This document shows positions 56,537-64,000 of a DNA stretch of 64,000 bases, piece by piece; position 1 is the first letter of the stretch; each line of letters starts with the position of its first letter. Both the position numbers and the translations under genes were made by a program. Location of the stretch: contig SVRF01000004.1 of NCBI GenBank assembly GCA_015064945.1, positions 1,383 to 65,382 on the forward strand. The letters run 5' to 3'. The stretch is from Oscillospiraceae bacterium. Its GTDB lineage: Bacteria > Bacillota > Clostridia > Oscillospirales > CAG-382. Below the pieces are notes generated by a model. The model made no database searches. It saw only the letters and a program-made list of their open reading frames with translations, and was not told where the DNA came from.

Positions 56537-59383
56537 ATGGTAAAACTTACTGCAATCAAAAAGAGCTACACCGTTGGCGACAACAAAGTTGAAGCGCTTA
56601 AGGGTATCGACCTGCAGTTCAGAAAAGGTGAATTTGTATCCATATTAGGGCCGTCGGGCTGTGGCAAAACCACTATGCTTAACATCATCGGCGGTCTTGA
56701 CAGATACGACAGCGGCGACATCGAAGTTAACGGCGTAAGCACCAAAGCCTATAAAGCGGCAGATTGGGATGCATACCGTAACCATTCGGTAGGTTTTGTT
56801 TTCCAAAGCTATAACCTTATAGGGCACCAAACTGTTCTGTCTAACGTGGAACTGGCGCTTACCCTTGCCGGTGTGTCTAAATCGGAACGCCGCCGCAGGG
56901 CTAAGGAAGCTCTTGAACAGGTTGGTCTGGGGGCAGAGATAAAGAAGAAGCCCAATCAGCTTTCCGGCGGTCAGATGCAACGTGTTGCAATAGCACGTGC
57001 GCTTATAAACGATCCTGAGATTATTTTGGCCGATGAACCAACGGGCGCTCTTGACAGCGAAACAAGCAAGCAGGTTATGGAAATACTTGCGGAAGTAGCA
57101 AAAAAACGCTTGGTAATAATGGTAACACATAACGGCGAACTGGCGGAGGAATACTCCACCCGTATAATAAGACTTTCCGACGGTGTGGTTATCTCCGACA
57201 GCAACCCCTGCAATTTGGCTGAATACTCCACAAGCAAGGGAAAGGCAGGAGACGCTAAAAAGGCAACAAAGAAGTCTATGACCTTAAAGACAGCCTTTAC
57301 CCTATCCCTTAATAACCTGTTTACCAAGAAAGGCAGAACTTTTCTTACCGCCTTTGCAGGCAGTATAGGTATAATAGGCATTGCGCTTATTTTGTCGTTA
57401 TCCAGCGGCGTTCAGGGATATATTGACCGTGTGCAGGAAGAAACGCTTTCCACCTATCCTTTGACCATAATGTCCACCACTATGAGCAACGGAATGAGCG
57501 TTATGTTCACAGAAGAAACGGACGAGGAATTTGAGCGTGCACCTAACACCGTATATTCCAGCACCGCCCTTTCTACTTTGTATAACTCCATACAAAGCGA
57601 TATACATTATAACGACCTGAGAGCGCTTAAGGCATTCATAGAAGGTGAGGAGATCCCCTTCCCCGAGGACGTACGGAACAAATTGGAAGGTACGGATATT
57701 AAAACCACCTACACCATTGCGCCCGGCAAAATCAAAGACGTAGCAACCGTGCAGTACAGCTACGGACTTACCCTTAGTTTTTACTGTGCGGATACCTCCG
57801 ACGGCGTGGTTAAAGCAGACACTTTGGAAATTATCGACACCATCTACGAAGAGGTTATGGGTATGAGCTATACGGATATGCTTAACTCTATGTCCGGTAT
57901 GATGGGCGGCGCATTGGGCAACATAGCAAGCAGTGCGTCTATGGATATGTGGTGCGAGCTTATAGACAACCAAGAGTTGCTTGACAGTCAGTACGAAATG
58001 CTGGAAGGTCATTGGCCTGAAAAGCATAATCAGGTTGTATTGTGCGTATCCGAAAACTACAAAATCAACGAGTTTGTAGAGTTCGGTATGAACCTTAAGA
58101 GCCGTGAAGAGCTGGAAAAAATGCTTGCGCAGATAAAGGACCCCGAAAATAACAGCAACGTTGAATACGAAAGAAACGCATATACATTTAAGGAACTGCT
58201 TGACACCAAATTCAAGCTGGTGCTTAACTGCGACCGTTATGCAGAAAGTAACGGCAAGTGGTACGATAACAGCAGCAACCCCGAATTTCTTAAGGAATTG
58301 GTAGACAACGGAACAGAAATTGAAATAGTAGGCATAATCCGTCCCAGAGAAGATTCCGTTGCCCAATCAATGTCAGGCGTTTTGGGATATTCACACGATT
58401 TGGTTGAATATATAATAAACGCAACCAACGAAAGCGATATTGTAAAAGCGCAAAAAGCCAACCCCGAGATAAACGTTTTGACCGGCAAGCCCTTCACAAC
58501 CGGCAACAACACAGAAAACGAACTACCTCAGGAATTTATTGATTTTGCTGACAAGCTTGACGAGGAAACCAAAGCAGAGTATTATGCCCTTTTGGAAAGT
58601 CAGGACAGCGCAAAATGGATGGCATTTATGGGCAAGCTTGACGACGGGCTTAAGACAGAATTTATGGGTATGGTCAGCAGTATGGGCAACAACGGCTATA
58701 ATACGGATGCCACATACGAAAGCAATTTGGATATGTTTGGCTCGGTAGACTTTGACACCCCGAAATCCATAAACCTTTATCCCGTGGATTTTGAAGCAAA
58801 GGATATAATCAAGGAAGAGGTAGAGCGTTTCAACAACGACCGTAAAATTCGCTTTGCCGCTTATATCGACACAGAAGCAATCGAAGACGGAAAGGCTGCA
58901 GAGCCGGAAGATAAATACGATATTATTTACTCCGACCTGCTTGCGGTTATGCTTTCCTCTGTAAGCACCATAATTAACGCCATATCCTATGTGCTTATTG
59001 CATTTGTTTCCATATCCTTGGTGGTTTCTTCCATAATGATAGGTGTAATAACCTATATTTCCGTTCTGGAGCGAACAAAGGAAATAGGCATTCTTCGTGC
59101 TATGGGCGCATCAAAACGCGATATAGCGAGAGTTTTCAACGCAGAAACGCTTATCGTCGGCTTTGTTGCAGGCGCTTTGGGTATTATCGTTACCGTCCTG
59201 TTGAATATTCCCATCAACATCATCATTAACAACATAGCGGAGATAGGAAACATAGCCAAGCTTCCCTTGATCGGCGGACTTTTACTCGTGGCGATAAGTA
59301 TGTTCCTTACCTTTATTGCAGGGCTTATTCCTTCCAGAATAGCCGCTAAGAAAGACCCTGTTGTAGCATTAAGAACCGAATAA
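56537..59383 (+). CDS. fused ABC ATPase/FtsX-type permease (MacB-like)
   Basis: GPSGCGKTT, LSGGQMQR, LADEPTG, VTH; large extracellular loop; ERTKEIGILRAMGA. Confidence 0.92.
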   Translation: MVKLTAIKKSYTVGDNKVEALKGIDLQFRKGEFVSILGPSGCGKTTMLNIIGGLDRYDSGDIEVNGVSTKAYKAADWDAYRNHSVGFVFQSYNLIGHQTVLSNVELALTLAGVSKSERRRRAKEALEQVGLGAEIKKKPNQLSGGQMQRVAIARALINDPEIILADEPTGALDSETSKQVMEILAEVAKKRLVIMVTHNGELAEEYSTRIIRLSDGVVISDSNPCNLAEYSTSKGKAGDAKKATKKSMTLKTAFTLSLNNLFTKKGRTFLTAFAGSIGIIGIALILSLSSGVQGYIDRVQEETLSTYPLTIMSTTMSNGMSVMFTEETDEEFERAPNTVYSSTALSTLYNSIQSDIHYNDLRALKAFIEGEEIPFPEDVRNKLEGTDIKTTYTIAPGKIKDVATVQYSYGLTLSFYCADTSDGVVKADTLEIIDTIYEEVMGMSYTDMLNSMSGMMGGALGNIASSASMDMWCELIDNQELLDSQYEMLEGHWPEKHNQVVLCVSENYKINEFVEFGMNLKSREELEKMLAQIKDPENNSNVEYERNAYTFKELLDTKFKLVLNCDRYAESNGKWYDNSSNPEFLKELVDNGTEIEIVGIIRPREDSVAQSMSGVLGYSHDLVEYIINATNESDIVKAQKANPEINVLTGKPFTTGNNTENELPQEFIDFADKLDEETKAEYYALLESQDSAKWMAFMGKLDDGLKTEFMGMVSSMGNNGYNTDATYESNLDMFGSVDFDTPKSINLYPVDFEAKDIIKEEVERFNNDRKIRFAAYIDTEAIEDGKAAEPEDKYDIIYSDLLAVMLSSVSTIINAISYVLIAFVSISLVVSSIMIGVITYISVLERTKEIGILRAMGASKRDIARVFNAETLIVGFVAGALGIIVTVLLNIPINIIINNIAEIGNIAKLPLIGGLLLVAISMFLTFIAGLIPSRIAAKKDPVVALRTE

Positions 59384-59476
59384 TAACCTCAATAAGCCTT
59401 CGGGCTTCTTAGGAAATACCGCAAAAAGATGCGCTTGCCTTAGGAAAACTTGTTTACGTTTTTTTCGGCAAGCGCA

Positions 59477-59505
59477 TTGACATTTTGTGTCAAAAGTAAT
59501 ACAAT
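59477..59505 (+). promoter_or_regulatory. sigA promoter with an overlapping inverted repeat
   Basis: TTGACA-17 nt-TACAAT; TTGACA-ttttg-TGTCAA palindrome over the -35. Confidence 0.65.
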
Positions 59506-59544
59506 AAGATTACAGAAACATTTTCTTTTTGAAAGGATCTATCT

Positions 59545-59781
59545 ATGGACGCACTTAAGAAATTCTTCCCCTTTTCCTTTGGCGCTAAAGACGTAGCCGC
59601 GCTTATAATTAAAATAGTTCTCTATTTGGTTGTAGGTATAATTATCGGCGTAGTTCTTGGCTTGGTTGGCAAAATTCCCGTTGTTGGAATAATAACCGGC
59701 ATAGTTGGTGCAATTGTTGAGCTTTATATACTTTGCGGCATTGTACTTACAGTTCTTGATTATTTAAAGATACTTAAATAG
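59545..59781 (+). CDS. small hydrophobic membrane protein (78 aa)
   Basis: AAAGGA RBS, own promoter and terminator; KIPVVG hairpin between two TM segments. Confidence 0.8.
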   Translation: MDALKKFFPFSFGAKDVAALIIKIVLYLVVGIIIGVVLGLVGKIPVVGIITGIVGAIVELYILCGIVLTVLDYLKILK

Positions 59782-59788
59782 CAAAGCA

Positions 59789-59820
59789 AAAGCCTTCGGT
59801 AAACCGAAGGCTTTATTTTT
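59789..59820 (+). terminator. intrinsic terminator
   Basis: AAAGCCTTCGG-taaa-CCGAAGGCTTT + ATTTTT. Confidence 0.82.
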
Positions 59821-59995
59821 GCAAAAACGCCCAGACAAGGCGGAATAAAAGTATGCGCCCTTTTCAACTTAACACCGTAACAAATGCGCAGCAAGACAGA
59901 TTTTTGAGGTACACGGCAAATACAATTAAGGCAGTTGCCGTTTATATTGCTTGGCTCCGATTTTACTGCCTAAAGGGGGCAACGAAACACAGGAT

Positions 59996-60027
59996 AAAAA
60001 ATCCCGACCCTTTTGGGGTCGGGATTT
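59996..60027 (-). terminator. intrinsic terminator
   Basis: AAATCCCGACCC-n5-GGGTCGGGATTT with a T tail on the minus strand. Confidence 0.8.
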
Positions 60028-60055
60028 ATCGATTCTAAATCAAGCTAACTTTGAA

Positions 60056-61126
60056 TTAGTTGAGAACCATGATTTCGTCGAACTGAAGAACGTACACGGG
60101 AGAAGAGGTAAGAACTCTTACATATCTACCGGTAGCTGCAGAGTCGAGAGTGAAAGTGTAGGTGTAGTTTTCAACGTTTTCGCTGTCTTCCTGTTCCTGG
60201 TGCTTGATAAGGGGAGCGTCAGCTATTTCTTCAGAGGAGAAAGTAGCGTTGAGCTTGGAGCCCCATGCGCCAAGAGTATCACCAACATAGATCATGGTGG
60301 TAGCGGTGTTGAAGCCACGGTTGTTCTTGTTAGCAACGCCATCACGAACGCCGCAGAATACTACGGAGTTGATGTCGGACTTGGTTTCGCCAAGGTCGAT
60401 AACATATTCGAAAATTGCGTTGGTGCCAACGAAAGCAACGGTAACGCCTTCGAGAGAACCGTTAGGACCAAAATCTGCGCCTGCTGCGGTTATACCGTCG
60501 GTAAGCTTGGTAAGGTTTACGTCGCCCCAAAGGTCAAAAGTGGTAGCGCCGGAAGCGTCAGCGAGGAAGTAAGAAGCTGCGTCGCCGGGGAAAGCAGCGG
60601 GAGTAAGGTTCTTGGAAACGGTGTAGGGAGCGCCTGCAGCATAGTTGGTCTTGCCTGCGGGAACTACTACGGGAGAACCGGTGCCGGGAGGATCGTTGTC
60701 TTCGGGATCTTCAACGGGAGCTTCGGAAGAGTCAACGGGTTCTTCAGACTCAACAGGAGCTTCAGAGGATTCAACGGGAGCTTCGGAAGATTCAACTACG
60801 GAGTCTTCAGAAGTTTCTTCGGAAGCAGCAGAGTCTTCAGAGGTTTCTTCGGAAGCAGCGGAGTCTTCAGAAGTTTCTTCGGAAGCAGCAGAGTCTTCAG
60901 AAGTTTCTTCGGAAGCAACGGAGTCTTCAGAGGTTTCTTCGGAAACTTCGGAAGTTTCAACAGATTCAGCAGAGTCTTCAGAAGGATCTTCAACCTTGCT
61001 GCTGTCAGCGGGAGCCTGGGAGGAAGCGTCAGAAGAGGTTTCTTCTTCGCCGCCGCAAGCTGCGAAAGAGAATGCCATGGTAAGAACCATAGACACTGCC
61101 AGAAGCATAACTAAAAGCTTTTTCAT
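60056..61126 (-). CDS. lipoprotein with S/E-rich repeat stalk and C-terminal F5/8C (discoidin/CBM32)-like domain
   Basis: ATG 61126 with AAGGAG; lipobox FAAC; SEETSEDSAA repeats; TNYA..KLTDG..VIDLG..GRYVRV..DEI.V. Confidence 0.78.
   Translation of the reverse strand: MKKLLVMLLAVSMVLTMAFSFAACGGEEETSSDASSQAPADSSKVEDPSEDSAESVETSEVSEETSEDSVASEETSEDSAASEETSEDSAASEETSEDSAASEETSEDSVVESSEAPVESSEAPVESEEPVDSSEAPVEDPEDNDPPGTGSPVVVPAGKTNYAAGAPYTVSKNLTPAAFPGDAASYFLADASGATTFDLWGDVNLTKLTDGITAAGADFGPNGSLEGVTVAFVGTNAIFEYVIDLGETKSDINSVVFCGVRDGVANKNNRGFNTATTMIYVGDTLGAWGSKLNATFSSEEIADAPLIKHQEQEDSENVENYTYTFTLDSAATGRYVRVLTSSPVYVLQFDEIMVLN
60801..60950. repeat. 30-bp tandem repeat, 5 copies
   Basis: GAGTCTTCAGARGTTTCTTCGGAAGCAGCR units. 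Confidence 0.92.
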
Positions 61127-61163
61127 GTTTTTTCTCCTTGTATAAGAAAATATTTCTGTAAAC

Positions 61164-61192
61164 ATTATACTCACGGTTATTTGCTTTGTCAA
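61164..61192 (-). promoter_or_regulatory. perfect-consensus sigA promoter
   Basis: TTGACA-17 nt-TATAAT. Confidence 0.82.
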
Positions 61193-61397
61193 GCCCTTTT
61201 TTCAAGTTTTGGTAAAATTGGTTTTTTTGCAATACAACCGCACCTGTTATTTGTCTATTATTTGCAAACGTCAAAAATGTTCATCGTAAAGTATGCCCAA
61301 ATAACCAAAATGCTATTAGTTTTGGTGATGTGCATATTGACAAAAGTTATAATTAATATTAAAATATGTAAGTATATATCACAAGGAGTTGTTTTTG

Positions 61398-62273
61398 ATG
61401 AATTTTAAGCTTGATAAAAGCAAAATCAAGTCCGCATTGGTTAAACACAAAACGGTGTTTATAATGCTTTTGGGACTTGTTTTGGTTTTGGTAATTTTAC
61501 TTATTGCCGTGTACGGTAACTCAAACGGCGGCAATGAAGACGGCGGCAACGCTTCCTCTGAGCAACATGGTAGTGAAGACTCAAAGGAAAAAAGCGACAG
61601 CGAAACGGAGCAAACACCTTCGGATGCGGAGTCCGACCGCGACAAGCAACCCGGGCTTGAAGCGGAAAGCAGACCTGAGGAAAACAAAGAAATTCCGTAC
61701 AAAAACACAAAGCTGTACCACGTGTTTGATTATGTGGATAAGTATCACTTATACATACGCACAAGGCAACACATTCTTTCAGACTTCGGTTACACTACCC
61801 ACGTAATTGAGTACGCCTTTAACGGAGTGAAAATATATCTACATCAAGAGGTTAACGGCGAGGATTTGCACTATTACAGCGACGGCAAACAGCTTTACGG
61901 CTTGGATTTTGAGGAGCAGACCTATACCTTACTTGCGCCAAACACCTATACCGCAGATGAAATTTTGTATTTGGGGAATTACACCCATTGCTCTGACACA
62001 GGCAAGGATGAATTTTTGGGAAAAACGCTTGATTACGAGGATTTTACCGCAACAGACACCGAATGGATACGTTACTACTTTAACGAAGACGAAAGCCTTG
62101 CGGGATACGAACGATACGATACGCTTACAAACGAAATTATAGAGATAACAAGCTATGAGATGTTTACGAGCGAATTCCCCGAGGATGCGGTGTTGTATTT
62201 TGATATTCCTGCGGGATTTGATAAATACACGGATGTTATTGAATTCTCGGACCTGTTTTGGGAAGAATATTAA
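61398..62273 (+). CDS. hypothetical membrane-anchored extracellular protein
   Basis: Single N-terminal TM, disordered linker, Tyr-rich beta domain ending F.IP.GF; start uncertain (61389 or 61398). Confidence 0.65.
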   Translation: MNFKLDKSKIKSALVKHKTVFIMLLGLVLVLVILLIAVYGNSNGGNEDGGNASSEQHGSEDSKEKSDSETEQTPSDAESDRDKQPGLEAESRPEENKEIPYKNTKLYHVFDYVDKYHLYIRTRQHILSDFGYTTHVIEYAFNGVKIYLHQEVNGEDLHYYSDGKQLYGLDFEEQTYTLLAPNTYTADEILYLGNYTHCSDTGKDEFLGKTLDYEDFTATDTEWIRYYFNEDESLAGYERYDTLTNEIIEITSYEMFTSEFPEDAVLYFDIPAGFDKYTDVIEFSDLFWEEY

Positions 62274-62299
62274 CTTTGTAAAAAGGGTTGTTGTATATT

Positions 62300-63232
62300 A
62301 TGAAGAAAACTATATTTGTACTGATAATGACGGTGCTTTTGTTGCTTTGCGCCTGTAAAAGCAGCGATAACGGTGAAAACGGTGACGCAAACGGAAGCTC
62401 CGTCGGAAATACGGAATTTTTGCCTAATATGGGGGACAGCATAGTATCCGAGGCTGACGGAAACGGCAAGCTTCCCCAATACTCCCCGGTAAGTAAGGAA
62501 GACGCAGAGTCGGCGCTGAGCTTGGTAAGCGACAGCTTTGACGAAGACAAGACGGAAAAGCTTGCAGAGGGGCTTAGCCTCAGAAGCATAAGCTTCGGCG
62601 ACAGCAAGGCCTATATACTTACAGCCGACCTTAGCAAATACAGCATCAAAGCTTCTACGCCTTACGGTTTGGCTCCCGACGGCACGTTGCAGAGCTTGGG
62701 CGGACAGAAACAGCTTTCCGAAATAAACGGCGTCAAGGCGGTTGCCGCAATAGCCGCCAACGAGACCGACAGAGCAACGGCAGTTCCCAAGGGAATGATA
62801 GTAACGGACGGTAAGGTCTTATACAAAACAAGCAGCAACGATGGCAGTGTTTTCTTTGGCCTTTACGAAGACGGTAAGCCCTTTGCCTGCACCTACGCCG
62901 AATACGGCGAGATATACCGCAACAAGGTTACCGAGATGGTATCCGCCGCACACATAATAGCTCTTGACGGAAAGACCGTAGCCGTTGCCGGCTCTGTTTA
63001 CGAGGAAAAGAAACTTCGCACAGGTGCAGGTTTTTCCGCAGACGGAACAAAGCTTTGTATGGTATACGGCGAAAACCTTGATATAAGTCAGCTTAGCAAC
63101 CTGTTGATAGGCAGCGGTTGCAGTGTTGCTGTTAACTTTGGGAACGGCGGCGAGCTTGGGATGCTTTGCGGTGACAATTTGTACGGCGCAAACGTATCCG
63201 TAGGCCCTGCATTGCTGATTACGGAAAAATAA
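62300..63232 (+). CDS. lipoprotein, phosphodiester glycosidase (NAGPA)-like, divergent
   Basis: Lipobox LCAC; AVAAIAAN, PKGMIVTDGK, FFGLYEDG, RTGAG, GC..AVNFGNGG resemble degenerate NAGPA motifs. Confidence 0.6.
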   Translation: MKKTIFVLIMTVLLLLCACKSSDNGENGDANGSSVGNTEFLPNMGDSIVSEADGNGKLPQYSPVSKEDAESALSLVSDSFDEDKTEKLAEGLSLRSISFGDSKAYILTADLSKYSIKASTPYGLAPDGTLQSLGGQKQLSEINGVKAVAAIAANETDRATAVPKGMIVTDGKVLYKTSSNDGSVFFGLYEDGKPFACTYAEYGEIYRNKVTEMVSAAHIIALDGKTVAVAGSVYEEKKLRTGAGFSADGTKLCMVYGENLDISQLSNLLIGSGCSVAVNFGNGGELGMLCGDNLYGANVSVGPALLITEK

Positions 63233-63251
63233 AATACAGGAGGAAAGGTTT

Positions 63252-64000
63252 ATGAAGATTGCAGCAAAGAGATTTTTATTTTTACTGTTGGCTGCCCTTA
63301 TGCTTTTGTCGGTTGCCTGCAAAAAAGGTGATGAAACAAAAGACACCTCAAGCACAGCGGAGCAAAGCGCTATGTCCGAAGATGACACATCGGTGGAAAA
63401 CGGTGACGTAACCGAGGACGGCTACTTTAAGAAGCTTAACCAAGGCTATGACATTGACGAGTCTGCACCCACACTTGAAGGGGACGTTGTTATCATTCAG
63501 TTAAACAACACCGCCGCCTTTGCTTTGGACGCAGGTGCTATGCCTTCCCTTTCCGCTTTTGCCGATAAAGCTGCGTATTACACCGATTTTTACGCGCAGC
63601 AAGGCACAGAGGAAGGCGTGTATTCCGCCTTGACCTCTCTTTACGCACCTATTGAAGGTATGAACAGCAATGCGGCTTATTACGGTCTTGCGCATCTGTT
63701 TGCTGAAAACGGATATGAGGTTTATGCAGGCAGTATGGGCCGTGAAGACACAAGCTGTTCCAAGGAGCTTGCTTCTGCTTTGGGCATCGGCAAAGGACTT
63801 ACCCACATCTACGGTTTGCCTGAGAAGGACGCATCCGACTACACCGAAGAAGAGCTTAAATCTTCCATAGCAAAAGGCGAGCTGCTTCCCGAATTCTTCG
63901 GTTTTTCAGCAGATAACGGAAAGAAAGATTTTATATTTATCGAAGCGGATGGGATAGAATATCCCTACATCCCCGTTTCTACGGACGGCGTTGCCATAGA
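63252..64000 (+). CDS. lipoprotein with a degenerate sulfatase/LtaS-like domain (runs off the window)
   Basis: Manual translation MKIAAKRFLFLLLAALMLLSVAC...DVVIIQLNN...MPSLSAFADKAAYYTDFYAQQGTEEGVYSALTSLY...LAHLFAENGYEV; open to the window end. Confidence 0.55.
   Translation, partial: MKIAAKRFLFLLLAALMLLSVACKKGDETKDTSSTAEQSAMSEDDTSVENGDVTEDGYFKKLNQGYDIDESAPTLEGDVVIIQLNNTAAFALDAGAMPSLSAFADKAAYYTDFYAQQGTEEGVYSALTSLYAPIEGMNSNAAYYGLAHLFAENGYEVYAGSMGREDTSCSKELASALGIGKGLTHIYGLPEKDASDYTEEELKSSIAKGELLPEFFGFSADNGKKDFIFIEADGIEYPYIPVSTDGVAI

Overview
Chromosomal window from a spore-forming Clostridia-class bacterium (Oscillospirales-like, inferred from gene content, spoVM/SPOCS-LysM genes and sigA promoters). 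It carries housekeeping genes (dnaG, dgt, pheST, pepF, pdp-cdd-deoC, metK, recD2, psd), an H-cluster-less HydABC-like (Stn/Nfn/Bfu-type) oxidoreductase, a two-component system and an ABC transporter. No CRISPR array, rRNA, tRNA, transposase or prophage was seen. The standout signal is a cellulosome-like cohesin-dockerin system with no recognisable plant-glycan hydrolase in this window. It has a sortase-anchored protein with a divergent cohesin-like domain behind a ~340-nt structured leader, a cohesin+dockerin adaptor, and eight dockerin proteins in two specificity classes. Their cargo includes a peptidoglycan amidase with SH3b, a tandem helveticin-J-like (class III bacteriocin-like) protein, two SH3b-bearing purple-acid-phosphatase-like enzymes and an SGNH esterase. 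The hypothesis is a surface-displayed bacteriolytic or cell-wall-scavenging complex. All family assignments come from motifs read by eye; no searches were run.
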